Shown: one piece after another, positions 34,631-44,855 of the stretch
Position numbering within the stretch: the stretch's first letter is position 1
How the letters are laid out: each line of letters begins with the position of its first letter
Assembly: GCA_964468755.1 (NCBI GenBank)
Contig: CAYXWH010000005.1
Span: 1 to 52,367, forward strand
Source: an uncultured Dehalococcoidaceae bacterium
Lineage (GTDB): Bacteria > Chloroflexota > Dehalococcoidia > Dehalococcoidales > RBG-16-60-22
Length of the DNA: 52,367 nucleotides
Reading direction: 5' to 3'
Program-made: the position numbers and the translations under genes
The notes under the pieces: generated by a model
The model's input: only the letters and a program-made list of their open reading frames with translations
The model's database searches: none
What the model was told of the DNA's origin: nothing

Positions 34631-36676
34631 ATGCAGACATACGGACTGGATAGCATTCGAAATGTGGTGTTACTGTCCCATTGCGGTGCCGGGAAAACAT
34701 CGGTTGCGGAAGCAGCCCTGTTCACTGCCAAAGCAATCAGCCGGCTGGGCAAGGTTGATGAGGGCAGTTCTACCTCTGATTATGACCCGGATGAAATCAA
34801 GCGCAAGATAAGCATTAATCTGTCGATACTTCCCTGCCAGTGGCGGGATACCAGGATTAATCTTCTGGATACCCCCGGTTATGCTGACTTTGTCGGCGAA
34901 GTCAAAGCGGCAATGCGCGTTTCTGAAGCGGCTATTGTCGTTGTCTGTGCCGCCTCCGGAGTCGAGGTGGGCACGGAAATGGTGTGGAGCTACTGTGATG
35001 AAGCCAAGTTACCCCGCCTGATACTGGTCAATAAGATGGACCGGGAGAACGCCGATTTTTTCCAAACGGTGCAGGCAATACAGTCGAAATTCGGTGCCAA
35101 GTGCCTGCCGTTACAGCTCCCCATTGGAGCCCATACCAGTTTTGAGGGGATAATCGACCTGCTGACGCTCAAAGCCTGCACCGGCTCTCCAGCCAAGGAG
35201 GTGGAGATACCGGCGGCGATGCAGAGCCAGGTTGAATCATACCGGGAGAAACTGGTTGAGGCGGTAGCGGAGACCGACGATAGTCTCATTGAGAAGTATC
35301 TGGGTGGTGAGGAGCTTTCCCTTGAAGAGATGAGGTCCAACCTGCGTAAGGCGGTAATCGCTGGCAGCATAGTCCCCATACTCGCTGGTTCCGCCCTGCA
35401 GAACACAGGTATGGACTGGCTGCTGGACATGATTGATGATTACCTGCCATCAGCCGGAGAGCGGGAGGTGATTACCGAAGGTGGTGCCATCGCGCCGAGT
35501 CAGGACGGTCCGCTGGCGGCGCTCGTGTTCAAGACCAGTGCTGACCCATACGTGGGTAAACTTACCTACTTCCGGGTTTATACCGGCGTTATCGAAAGTA
35601 ATTCTCAGGTGTGGAATGCCAACCATAACGGCGTGGAGCGGATAGGTCAGCTCTATGTCATGCGGGGAAAGAACCAGGAACCGGTGACCCAGGTGAGAGG
35701 CGGGGACATCGGGGTGGTTGCCAAGTTAGGCCAGACCGGTACCGGTGAGACCCTGAGTAGCCAGGACAAGCCGGTAAAGATTGTCCCTATTGTCTTCCCC
35801 GACCCCATTTTCAGCGAGGCGGTATTCCCCAAGACCAAGGCTGATGTCGACAAATTGGGTTCGGCATTGTCCCGGCTTACTGAGGAAGACCCCACGCTGC
35901 GTGTCCGACGGGAGGTTGACACCGGGGAAACGATTCTCTCCGGTATAGGAGAGACCCAGCTGGATGTGGCTGCCGAGAAGATGCAGCGGAAGTTTGGCGT
36001 TGAGGTGGATATGGTAACTCCCCGGGTGCCTTATAAAGAAACCATCACCACGTCAGCCAATGCCGAATACAAGCATAAGAAGCAGACCGGCGGGCATGGC
36101 CAGTACGGGCATGTCCTTCTGGAGCTGGAGCCATTGCCCCGTGGCAGTGGCAGCGAGTTTACCGAAAAGATTGTGGGCGGCGCCGTGCCGAAAAACTACA
36201 TTCCCGCTGTCGAGAAGGGGGTAAATGAAGCCTTTCACGATGGCGCAATCGCCAATTTCCCGGTCGTGGACGTCAGGGCAACCCTGTACGACGGCAGTTT
36301 TCACCCGGTTGATTCTTCCGAAATCTGCTTCAAAATCGCCGGGGCGCAGGCATTCAAAAAGGGGCTGGCTCAGGCAAACCCCATTCTGTTAGAGCCGATA
36401 ATGAATCTCAAGGTGACGGTGCCCGGTGACCTCACCGGTGATATCATTGGTGACCTCAATACCAAGCGGGCCCGGGTACAGGGGATGAACCCGGCCGGTG
36501 ATTATAATATTATTGAGGCTCAGGTACCGCTGGCTGAAGTTCAGCGCTACGCCATTGACCTGAGGTCATTGACGCAGGGAAGAGGCATTTATACCGTGGA
36601 ATTCAGCCACTATGAAGAAGTGCCGGGCCAGATTACTCAGAAGATAGTTGCCGAGCGAGCAGCGGAGAAGGAATAG
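34631..36676 (+). CDS. fusA2: Elongation factor G paralog (EF-G2)
   Basis: Five-domain EF-G layout; G1 SHCGAGKTS, G3 DTPGY, NKMD; KKQTGGHGQYG, DGSFHPVDSSE. Confidence 0.88.
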   Translation: MQTYGLDSIRNVVLLSHCGAGKTSVAEAALFTAKAISRLGKVDEGSSTSDYDPDEIKRKISINLSILPCQWRDTRINLLDTPGYADFVGEVKAAMRVSEAAIVVVCAASGVEVGTEMVWSYCDEAKLPRLILVNKMDRENADFFQTVQAIQSKFGAKCLPLQLPIGAHTSFEGIIDLLTLKACTGSPAKEVEIPAAMQSQVESYREKLVEAVAETDDSLIEKYLGGEELSLEEMRSNLRKAVIAGSIVPILAGSALQNTGMDWLLDMIDDYLPSAGEREVITEGGAIAPSQDGPLAALVFKTSADPYVGKLTYFRVYTGVIESNSQVWNANHNGVERIGQLYVMRGKNQEPVTQVRGGDIGVVAKLGQTGTGETLSSQDKPVKIVPIVFPDPIFSEAVFPKTKADVDKLGSALSRLTEEDPTLRVRREVDTGETILSGIGETQLDVAAEKMQRKFGVEVDMVTPRVPYKETITTSANAEYKHKKQTGGHGQYGHVLLELEPLPRGSGSEFTEKIVGGAVPKNYIPAVEKGVNEAFHDGAIANFPVVDVRATLYDGSFHPVDSSEICFKIAGAQAFKKGLAQANPILLEPIMNLKVTVPGDLTGDIIGDLNTKRARVQGMNPAGDYNIIEAQVPLAEVQRYAIDLRSLTQGRGIYTVEFSHYEEVPGQITQKIVAERAAEKE

Positions 36677-36683
36677 ACCCCGG

Positions 36684-37622
36684 TCAGGTGGCCCGTATTT
36701 CCTGCCTCATAAAGACCACGTAGCTAATCGCGAAGCAGATAACGCTCAGACTTATCAGGCTGGTGAGGTGCGGCCAGACGATGAGCAGGCTCTGACCGAG
36801 GCTGAGCGGGTTATCTATCATATAGGCTGCCTGACCCGAGGCAAGTGCGCCAACCAGCCCCATGTTTGTTTCCAGTATCACCGGATGTAGCAGTACTGTG
36901 GTCGCTTCTCCAAATAGTGAGTTGGGGGAGAACCGCATGATCATTTGCTGCAGCTCGGCGTTGCGGATGATTTCTGCCGTCGAACCATCAGCGGTGGGTG
37001 ATAGCCCGTTGGCGATGGCCGGGGCGATCATCAGCATGAAGAAGCTGAAGAATAGCCAGATGGCTACGGAGACCAGCAGTGAGGCAGCCACCCTGCGGAG
37101 GATAATGGAGAAGAGGATGGACAGACCCAGCCAGAAAGCCCCATAGATGATGCTGAAGAATAAGAAAATGAATATCCGGATGATTTCCTCGGCATTTGGT
37201 GGCACGCCAATCATGCGCAGGCCATATCCGGAGACGAGCAATACAATGGTGGTTACCATAATGGCGAGGGTAACCATTCCCGCCAGGAACTTCCCATTGA
37301 TGACGCTGTCCCGGTAAACCGGTTGCGATAGTACCCGGCTTAGCGTGCCGCCGGAGCGCTCGCTATTGATGGCGTCAAAGCCCAGAGCAATGCCGACGAG
37401 GGGGATAAAGAAGAGGGCAACAAAGCTGGAAAGCGAGGGAAGTATGCCACCGGAAGTGGTGAACAGGCGGAGAAAAATAAACCCCTCGGCTCCAGCGCTG
37501 CGGATTCCCTGGTGGGCTGCGTAGAGCCCGGCGCCACTGGCAAGTAATACCAGGATGAACAGCACCGGTACTCTTATGCCGTTGAAATAATCGGCCAGCT
37601 CTTTGCGTACAATCGCTGCCAT
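36684..37622 (-). CDS. ABC-2-type transporter permease
   Basis: IVRKELADY, LGFDAINSERSGGTLSRVLSQP, FMRQEIRA. Confidence 0.88.
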   Translation of the reverse strand: MAAIVRKELADYFNGIRVPVLFILVLLASGAGLYAAHQGIRSAGAEGFIFLRLFTTSGGILPSLSSFVALFFIPLVGIALGFDAINSERSGGTLSRVLSQPVYRDSVINGKFLAGMVTLAIMVTTIVLLVSGYGLRMIGVPPNAEEIIRIFIFLFFSIIYGAFWLGLSILFSIILRRVAASLLVSVAIWLFFSFFMLMIAPAIANGLSPTADGSTAEIIRNAELQQMIMRFSPNSLFGEATTVLLHPVILETNMGLVGALASGQAAYMIDNPLSLGQSLLIVWPHLTSLISLSVICFAISYVVFMRQEIRAT

Positions 37623-37630
37623 AGCTTTGC

Positions 37631-38566
37631 CTAACCTTCTTTAAAATACTTCATATAGATGTCATCAAGGGATAATTCCTGCATCTTCACCTGGACCAGC
37701 GGAATATCATTCTGGACGACGGCTTTGGAAATTTCAGAGCGGAGGTCAGCATTGGTACTGACTCTCAGCACATTTTCCCTGGCTTCGGCGCTGATGACTC
37801 CCTTGATTTTTTTAACAATATCGACCAGTTGCGGACTTGACTGTCCGGTTTCGACCTCGATAGTGTACCGCCCTCTCGCCAGCGCATCACGGCCAACTTT
37901 ATCCATCGGTCCCCCGATAACCATTTTGCCTTTGGAAAGGATGCCAACGCTGTTACATACCTTTTGCACCTGGTAGAGCTGGTGGGAGCACAGCACGACC
38001 GTGGTACCCTTCTGGGGAAGTTCGCCAATCAGGTTCAGGAGCTGGTTAATCCCCTGCGGGTCAAGTCCGGACGTGGGTTCATCGAGGATAACCAGTTTCG
38101 GTCTCTTTATCAGGACATCGGCTATACCCAGGCGCTGTTTCATTCCCCGTGAGAATTTACCAACTGCCAGCATTCTATCCTTGGTCAGTTCCACCCTTTC
38201 CAGCAGTTCGTCAATAAGCCTGTCCGCCTCCGTACCGGTGATATTATTCAGCTCGGCAATGAACCTCAGGTTTTCCGCCGGAGTCAGGCTATCATAAAAG
38301 CCCACCTTTTCCGGCAGGTAGCCGACCTGGCGTTTCACCTTGAGGGGTTCGCGGGTAGGACTGAACCCGCATACCTGCGCCGTACCTGATGTTGGCTCGG
38401 TCAGTCCCAGCAGCATGAGAATGGTGGTGGTCTTACCGGCACCATTGGGGCCAAGCAGTCCGAATATCTCGTTTTCACGGATATTCAGGTCCAGATGGTC
38501 GACTACCGTAACCCCATCATAGTTTTTAGTCAGGTCTTTGGTTTCTACAGCAAGTGTCTCGGTCAT
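37631..38566 (-). CDS. ABC transporter ATP-binding protein
   Basis: GPNGAGKT, FSRGMKQR, LDEPTSGLD, SH motifs. Confidence 0.95.
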   Translation of the reverse strand: MTETLAVETKDLTKNYDGVTVVDHLDLNIRENEIFGLLGPNGAGKTTTILMLLGLTEPTSGTAQVCGFSPTREPLKVKRQVGYLPEKVGFYDSLTPAENLRFIAELNNITGTEADRLIDELLERVELTKDRMLAVGKFSRGMKQRLGIADVLIKRPKLVILDEPTSGLDPQGINQLLNLIGELPQKGTTVVLCSHQLYQVQKVCNSVGILSKGKMVIGGPMDKVGRDALARGRYTIEVETGQSSPQLVDIVKKIKGVISAEARENVLRVSTNADLRSEISKAVVQNDIPLVQVKMQELSLDDIYMKYFKEG

Positions 38567-38570
38567 TTTT

Positions 38571-39455
38571 CTATCGCCTGCTAAAGCGCATGAATATTAC
38601 GACCAGTCCGGCAATGACGATGACGATGATGATTATCCCCACCCATCCCCAGATGGTGGGGGTTTCCACGGTAACTCTTACATCAATTTCCTGGGCTGAG
38701 GCCTGCTCGCCCCGGGCGCTGAGGTTAATCAGATAGTCGCCGGCAATGGTCTTGCTGGATGGTTGGATATTGACGTCCACGGTCTGCTTATCAAAAGCCG
38801 GCAGGGATTCTATTTTTTCCGGAGTAAATTCAATTTCCCAGCCGTCGGGATTGACGGCTTCGAGCTTGATATTATCCACCGGTGCCGTACTTGCGTTGAC
38901 CACTTCTACCTGATAGCTATTGTCTTCACCGGCGGTAGCCTTGGTATTGTAACGCTCGGTTACCGGTATCAGTTGCATGGCATACCTGGCGGTTACTGCC
39001 GCAGTGAGTTTCGTAGAGTTGGTAATATCGCCAGAGGTTGCCTCAAAAGTAATCTCGTATTCTCCGGGGTCGGGAAGGGGCCAGAAGGGCGCGCTGACAA
39101 CCACCCGGATTGGTTCCGAAAATGTGGTTGTCGGCTTGATGTTGATTGATTTAATCTTCTTTTCCTTCTCATATTTGGGAGTCATGTAGGCTTCCCAGCC
39201 GGTGGGCGCTATCGTATTCAGTTCAAAATCACGGTCTTCCACTCCGGTATATCTGAATTCCACTTCGAATTCAAAGTTGCCACCGGCAATGGATTCTACC
39301 GAAGGGTAGGGCACATCGAACTCTATCTTTTCCGCTGGCTCTCCCTCAGGCTCTTCCGAGATGAGCGCCGGTTCCTGGGCAAGGACCACACTGGCTGGCA
39401 CTATTGCCAGCAGGCACAGTAATACGAAACAGCTGACTAGTCTCACCATTTTCAT
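38571..39455 (-). CDS. Exported NEW3-domain (Ig-like) protein with C-terminal TM anchor
   Basis: Signal peptide ..VVLA|QE; two PxGW beta-sandwich repeats; TIAGDYLINL; C-terminal TM plus RFSRR. Confidence 0.75.
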   Translation of the reverse strand: MKMVRLVSCFVLLCLLAIVPASVVLAQEPALISEEPEGEPAEKIEFDVPYPSVESIAGGNFEFEVEFRYTGVEDRDFELNTIAPTGWEAYMTPKYEKEKKIKSINIKPTTTFSEPIRVVVSAPFWPLPDPGEYEITFEATSGDITNSTKLTAAVTARYAMQLIPVTERYNTKATAGEDNSYQVEVVNASTAPVDNIKLEAVNPDGWEIEFTPEKIESLPAFDKQTVDVNIQPSSKTIAGDYLINLSARGEQASAQEIDVRVTVETPTIWGWVGIIIIVIVIAGLVVIFMRFSRR

Positions 39456-39564
39456 TACTTTGTCACCTCACCGCAACAAATTTGCCAACATTAAATATTG
39501 AGTAGACAAAACCCACTAATGTCTGGCAGTATGTCTTATTTTGTTTATACCGAGCCGCCCTCTT

Positions 39565-40563
39565 TCAGGAGGCCAGGAGGTTCCTGACCTTTTCGGTAAA
39601 GGCCGGCACTATCTTTTTCCAGTCGCCAACAACGCCGTAGTGTGCCTGGCGAAAGATATTGGCTTCAGCATCCTTGTTGATGGCAACCACGGTCTTCGCC
39701 CCGGAGCAACCGCTCATATGCTGGCTGGACCCGGAAAGGCCGACGGCAATATAGAGGTCAGGGGCGACAATTTTACCGGTGATCCCTATTTGCACGGTGT
39801 CCGGCACCCAGCCGTTGTCGCACGGCGGCCGCGTAGCGCCTACCGCCCCTTTCAGCGTTTTGGCCAGATCTTCCAGTTGCTGGAAACCTTCAGGACCGCC
39901 GATTCCCCTGCCTCCGGCGACGATTGTCTCTGCATCCTCCAGTTTGATTCCGGCTACCTCTTCAACAACCCTGTCCAGGACCGCGGTCCTGATTGCTGCC
40001 GGGTCTAATCCGGCGTCGATTTTAATAATGTCACCCTTTCGCGAAGTGTCCGGTTGCAGCGGGGTCATCGCTTTGGGCCTGATGCTGGCAATCTGCGGGT
40101 TAGTCTCGCTGTTGAATACAGCCTGCGCATTACCCCCGTAGACCGGTTTGGTGCGCAGCAACTGCTTTGATTCGGGGTCGATGGTCAGGTCAATACAGTC
40201 CAGCGTGGCGGTTGTGCCCAGGTGAAAGGCAAGACTGGGGGCAAGGTCACGGCCGACGGTGGTCTGTCCCATAAGTATAATCTGTGGCTTTGCCTCGTTG
40301 ACCACCTTCTCCATGGCTGCCAGATAGGCATCAGTTCGATAGTCTTTCAGCAAGGGGTCATCAACGACATATACCTTATCGGCTCCGAAGGTAATGGCTT
40401 CACCGGCAAGGCTCTCTACATCAGCTCCCAGCAGGACTGCGGATAGTTCCTGGCCGAGGTCGTCAGCCAGCTTCCGGCCACAACCAAGCCCTTCAGTAGC
40501 CATCGCGGTCAGCATGCCTTCAGCGGTCTCAGCATAAACCATAACGCCGTTATTTTCTGCCAT
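39565..40563 (-). CDS. etfA: Electron transfer flavoprotein alpha subunit
   Basis: [47 protein letters not shown] motifs. Confidence 0.95.
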   Translation of the reverse strand: MAENNGVMVYAETAEGMLTAMATEGLGCGRKLADDLGQELSAVLLGADVESLAGEAITFGADKVYVVDDPLLKDYRTDAYLAAMEKVVNEAKPQIILMGQTTVGRDLAPSLAFHLGTTATLDCIDLTIDPESKQLLRTKPVYGGNAQAVFNSETNPQIASIRPKAMTPLQPDTSRKGDIIKIDAGLDPAAIRTAVLDRVVEEVAGIKLEDAETIVAGGRGIGGPEGFQQLEDLAKTLKGAVGATRPPCDNGWVPDTVQIGITGKIVAPDLYIAVGLSGSSQHMSGCSGAKTVVAINKDAEANIFRQAHYGVVGDWKKIVPAFTEKVRNLLAS

Positions 40564-40604
40564 AGTAAATCCCTTTTACTTTATTGCTCTCGCCGGGTAG
40601 CCCA

Positions 40605-41402
40605 TCATAATACCTTGGCATCTCTGAGTTTCTGGGCCAGGTTGGCGGCCGCCTCTTCCGGGCTCTCTCCTTCGATGAGTTCACAGGTGCCTTCACGAAC
40701 CGGTTGAAAGAGCTTGACTATCCGGGCGCGTTGACCGGCAGTACTTACTTGAGAAGATTCCAGTCCGGTATCGGCTGGTTTCCAGACCGCCGGCTCCTTC
40801 TTTTTCGCGGCCATGATACCTTTTATGGTTGGGTAGCGGGGCTCCCCAACTTCATTGCTTACCGTAATTACTGCCGGCAGGGATACCTCAATGACCTCGT
40901 AGCCATCATCGGTTACCCGCTCTATCCTGGCTTTGCCATCGCTCACCTCTATTTTGCGGGCGAGGGTAACTACGGGGAGTCCCAGTAGCTTGGCGATGGC
41001 CGGACCTACCTGACCGGCATTGGTGTCCGATGCTTCCCGTCCGCAGAAGATGAGGTCATACTCAGCTACCTTCCTGATAGCCGCTGCCAGGGCGAAAGCC
41101 GTTGTCCAGCTATCGCCGTCAGTGAAGGCGTCATCTTCAAGGAGAATAAGCTCATCCGCTCCCATTGAGAGCGGCTTTTTCACCACCTCGCGCAGCATGT
41201 TGTTGCCCAGGCTGATCGCTGTAATCGTGCCGCCCTGCCCGTCTTTAATTTTCAGGGCAGCTTCCACCGCATATTCACTGTACGGATCAACCACCGGTGG
41301 TACTCCAGACAGAACTGCCTTCTTGCTCGCGGTGTCAATTTTAAAACTGGACGGCGGCGCTTCGGGGTCAATCACCTGTTTGATGCACACAATCGAGTTC
41401 AC
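40605..41402 (-). CDS. etfB: Electron transfer flavoprotein beta subunit
   Basis: IVCIKQVID, ALSMGAD-like PLSMGAD, GREASD..GQVG, PRYPTIKGIMAAKKK. Confidence 0.95.
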   Translation of the reverse strand: MNSIVCIKQVIDPEAPPSSFKIDTASKKAVLSGVPPVVDPYSEYAVEAALKIKDGQGGTITAISLGNNMLREVVKKPLSMGADELILLEDDAFTDGDSWTTAFALAAAIRKVAEYDLIFCGREASDTNAGQVGPAIAKLLGLPVVTLARKIEVSDGKARIERVTDDGYEVIEVSLPAVITVSNEVGEPRYPTIKGIMAAKKKEPAVWKPADTGLESSQVSTAGQRARIVKLFQPVREGTCELIEGESPEEAAANLAQKLRDAKVL

Positions 41403-41467
41403 TGTGTCTCCTTTTTAAGACAATACACCGTTGGAGTTCTCTAAGGCTCATGCAGGTTAAAAGTATT

Positions 41468-42313
41468 TTAGCAATTGGTGAAGTTGACTGTCAAGTGCAG
41501 GCTCACCACCCGGTCGATACCGCCGAGGTCAGACCTTACCTCAATCTGAGCTGAGGGCAAGCAGCGGCGCAGTCGGGAAACCACGGCTTCCCCCTGTCCC
41601 TGACCAATTTCAAGGAGCACCGAACCCCGGGGGGTGAGTTTGCGGTTAAGCTCACCGCAGAGTCTTGCTATCTTGTCCAGCCCATCCATTCCTCCGTTGA
41701 GGGCGAGGGGTGGTTCTCCGGTTGGCGGCAGTTCTGATTCTTTGACGTAGGGCAGGTTGGCTACGATGAGATCGACCGGTTTGGGCAGGGGAGCCAGCAT
41801 ATTCCCGCGGAGAAGGCGGACGCGGCCGGTTAGCCCGTGCCTCTGGATGTTTACTCCGGCTACTTTGAGCGCCGCGGCTGAGATATCAGTGGCGTAAACG
41901 GTGGTTTCAGGCAGGTTCAGTGCCAGGCTGACGGCGATAGCTCCGCAGCCGGTGCCGATGTCGGCAATGGTGGCAATGGCACGCTTCCGGGCGAGTTCGA
42001 TGGCTTTGTCCACCAGTAATTCACTTTCCGGGCGCGGGATAAGGACCGCAGAGTTGACATAAAAATCATTTCCATAGAATTCACGATGACCGGTAATGTA
42101 GGCGGAAGGCTCACCGGCCAACCGGCGCTTAACAAGTTGCTGGAAGGTTTTTTCCTGTTCCGGGCTGAGTTCGCAGGTAAGCTCGGTGAAGAGCTCCGCC
42201 CGACTTATCTGCAGCGCGTGCCGGAGCAGCAGTTCGGCTTCAATTGAGGCGTCGTCAATATTGTGGTCGGTCAGACTGGCTCGGCTCTGGGCCAGTGCCT
42301 GTTTCCGGTTCAC
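41468..42313 (-). CDS. prmC: Release factor glutamine methyltransferase
   Basis: [29 protein letters not shown] (NPPY variant); overlaps the prfA stop. Confidence 0.93.
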   Translation of the reverse strand: MNRKQALAQSRASLTDHNIDDASIEAELLLRHALQISRAELFTELTCELSPEQEKTFQQLVKRRLAGEPSAYITGHREFYGNDFYVNSAVLIPRPESELLVDKAIELARKRAIATIADIGTGCGAIAVSLALNLPETTVYATDISAAALKVAGVNIQRHGLTGRVRLLRGNMLAPLPKPVDLIVANLPYVKESELPPTGEPPLALNGGMDGLDKIARLCGELNRKLTPRGSVLLEIGQGQGEAVVSRLRRCLPSAQIEVRSDLGGIDRVVSLHLTVNFTNC

Positions 42314-43380
42314 GCAAGCTGTTCCTCCAGTTGCTTTGCCTGTTCCGACGTTGCCAGGGTATCAATGAGCTCGTCCAGGTCTCCTTCCATCAATCCCGGC
42401 AGGTTGTGGAGGGTGAGGTTGATGCGGTGGTCTGAAACACGGTCCTGGGGGAAATTATAGGTTCGGATCTTCTCGGCGCGATCGCCGGTGCCTACCTGAG
42501 AGCGGCGGTCGGAGACTATCTGTTCTTCCTGCTTGCTTCTCTCAATGTCGAGGAGACGGGTCCGCAGCACTGACATCGCCTTGATTTTATTCTGTAGCTG
42601 GGAGCGTTCGTCCTGGCAGACCACCACCATACCGGTGGGAATATGGGTAATACGGACGGCGGTGGCTACTTTATTCACATTCTGTCCGCCGGCGCCACCA
42701 CTGTGGAAGATGTCCGTCTTGAGATCATCGGGATTAATCGCTATGTCTACCTCTTCCGCCTTGGGCAGTACGGCAACGGTTGCCGTGGAGGTATGAATCC
42801 TTCCCGATGATTCGGTAACGGGTACCCGCTGTACCCGGTGGACACCACGCTCATACTTTAGCCGGCTATACGCCCCCTTGCCTTTCACTTCAAAAATGAT
42901 TTCCTTGAAGCCGCCAATTCCACTCTCGTTGGCACTGAGAATCTCGGTTTTCCAGCCTTTCGACTGGGCGTATCGACTGTACATGCGGAAGAGGTCGGCG
43001 GCAAACAGAGCGGCTTCATCACCGCCAGCCCCGGCCCGGATTTCGATGATGATGTCCTTTTCGTCGTTGGGGTCTTTGGGTAATAGCCCGATTTTTATCT
43101 CGTCGAGCAGTTGCTCCAGCTTTGATTCAAGGCTGGCTATCTCCTGTTCGACCAGATGTCTCATTGCTTCATCAGGCCCGTCACTCAGCATCGCCCTGGT
43201 CTCTTCAAGTGTCCCGGTGGCGGCTTTATATTCCCGGTAACCGGCTACCAGGTTTTCCATGCCTGCCCGCTCCCGGACCAGTTCCTGGAGCTGTGCCATG
43301 TCCGAAGCTACCTCCGGCCTGGCCATTTGCTCTTCTATTTGGGTATAGCGCTTCTCTATTTTTTCCAGTCGCTCTATCAT
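42310..43380 (-). CDS. prfA: Peptide chain release factor 1
   Basis: [13 protein letters not shown] (PxT specificity motif), GAGGQ, RTYNFPQ. Confidence 0.97.
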   Translation of the reverse strand: MIERLEKIEKRYTQIEEQMARPEVASDMAQLQELVRERAGMENLVAGYREYKAATGTLEETRAMLSDGPDEAMRHLVEQEIASLESKLEQLLDEIKIGLLPKDPNDEKDIIIEIRAGAGGDEAALFAADLFRMYSRYAQSKGWKTEILSANESGIGGFKEIIFEVKGKGAYSRLKYERGVHRVQRVPVTESSGRIHTSTATVAVLPKAEEVDIAINPDDLKTDIFHSGGAGGQNVNKVATAVRITHIPTGMVVVCQDERSQLQNKIKAMSVLRTRLLDIERSKQEEQIVSDRRSQVGTGDRAEKIRTYNFPQDRVSDHRINLTLHNLPGLMEGDLDELIDTLATSEQAKQLEEQLA

Positions 43381-43402
43381 GGTTTCACCTTACCCCGGTT
43401 AT

Positions 43403-43431
43403 ATTATATACCAGTCACCGGATACGCTCAA
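43403..43431 (-). promoter_or_regulatory. Promoter of prfA-prmC(-etfBA)
   Basis: TTGAGC-N17-TATAAT. Confidence 0.65.
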
Positions 43432-43515
43432 TGAGGGCTTCAAAAAGTGCGCATTCCGACGGTTTATGGTATAGTTTTAAGTAGTGAAATTACACTATGT
43501 AGTATATGGATTGAG

Positions 43516-44118
43516 ATGAAAGCGCAACTGGCGAAAATAACCTCCACTATACTGAACCCATTTCTGGTAGGTTTGGCGTTGATTGTGCTTCTCGCTTTCG
43601 AATCAACTTCCAGCGTTGCGGAAGCGATTAAATGGTCGTTAATCTCGCTGGTGTTCAGCATTCTGCCGGTCCTCGTGGTTATTTTATATCTGCTTTATAA
43701 TGAACGGATTGAGGGCCTGTCCATTAAAGTACGCCAGCAGCGGGGCAAGATTTACCTGCTTGCCAGTGCCTGTGCGGTGGTGAGTTGCGTCGTTCTTTTA
43801 TACCTGGGAGCACCATCGCTACTGGTAGCCTGTTTCGTGGCCGGGCTTTCGGCGGTAGTTATCTTCATGTTCATTAATCTGTGGTGGAAGATAAGCGTTC
43901 ACACCGCCCTGGTCGGTGGTTCGGTAACCGTGTTTATTTTCCTCTACGGTCTAGCCGGGGCAATATCAGTGGTGTTGCTCCCGGTGGTAACCTGGTCACG
44001 GTTGGAGCTGAAGCATCACACCCTGGCGCAGGTGACGGTTGGAGCTATTCTGGCAGCCTCAATTGTGGGCGTGGTATTTCGCCTTTTTGGTCTGCCCGGA
44101 ATAATAGCCACCGCGTAG
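43516..44118 (+). CDS. PAP2-superfamily membrane protein
   Basis: KISVH and SRLELKHHTLAQV motifs; about 6 TM; likely start 43516. Confidence 0.65.
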   Translation: MKAQLAKITSTILNPFLVGLALIVLLAFESTSSVAEAIKWSLISLVFSILPVLVVILYLLYNERIEGLSIKVRQQRGKIYLLASACAVVSCVVLLYLGAPSLLVACFVAGLSAVVIFMFINLWWKISVHTALVGGSVTVFIFLYGLAGAISVVLLPVVTWSRLELKHHTLAQVTVGAILAASIVGVVFRLFGLPGIIATA

Positions 44119-44429
44119 CAGTATCATCTGGATAAATATTCACTCACCGCATCCCATTTACCCTGGCCACGCATTAACGGTTTTCTTTCACTGTCTTTGT
44201 GGCGGGCTATAGCCGCGAATCACCTTTCCGGGTACTATTGACTACCTTCTACGGTGTTTGGAATACGCATATGTACCTACATTGGTGTGATGGCTCCTCA
44301 GTAAAAGAAGCACCAACCGGCAATGATAGTTTAGGTGTTTTGATATTTCTAAAATAGGTATGGCGGCGGAAGTTATTCCGGTCACCGGGGTATACACTGT
44401 AAGTAGATAAAAAAGGGAGGTGAAAAACA

Positions 44430-44588
44430 ATGCAGTGGGAGTTGGTGATAGCGCTAGCGGTGGCGATACCGGTCATCCTCTTTCCAGCCGCCTTTGTCTG
44501 GTACTTGAACCTCGGTGGCATTGTCCAGGCGGCGAAAAGGGCGAAAGCTATCCGGGAGAAGAAGACTGCCGGAGTGGAAACAGACTGA
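44430..44588 (+). CDS. 52-aa single-pass membrane protein (absent from the ORF track)
   Basis: GGGAGGTG Shine-Dalgarno; MQWELVIALAVAIPVILFPAAFVWYLNLGGIVQAAKRAKAIREKKTAGVETD; downstream terminator. Confidence 0.8.
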   Translation: MQWELVIALAVAIPVILFPAAFVWYLNLGGIVQAAKRAKAIREKKTAGVETD

Positions 44589-44675
44589 GCCAGGGGTAAC
44601 CATGAAGGCCAGGGGAGGAGGTACGGACAACGCGAATAGCTCAAGCTTGCCGAAATAAAGCTCACGACTCATCAT

Positions 44676-44715
44676 GAGGCTGGATACCTGAAAAAAGTAT
44701 CCAGCCTCTTTATTT
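44676..44715 (+). terminator. Intrinsic terminator
   Basis: GAGGCTGGATAC-N9-GTATCCAGCCTC followed by TTTATTT. Confidence 0.85.
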
Positions 44716-44855
44716 AGCCTGTCTTTCCGTGTCCAGAAATTGCTCCCGATTGCCACAGTGCCATCACATTGCAATCCCAGCCGTAACGTTTGCCTCACGT
44801 AGTAATTTCAGCTACAATGAGCCAGTATGCAGTGGTCAGCGAGAAGGAGCTTCTC

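Noticed and set aside
44600-44660. Second small gene after the 52-aa ORF (GGAGGAGGT Shine-Dalgarno-like sequence)
   Set aside because: No start codon at a usable distance (ACG only); the nearby ATG gives only 18 codons
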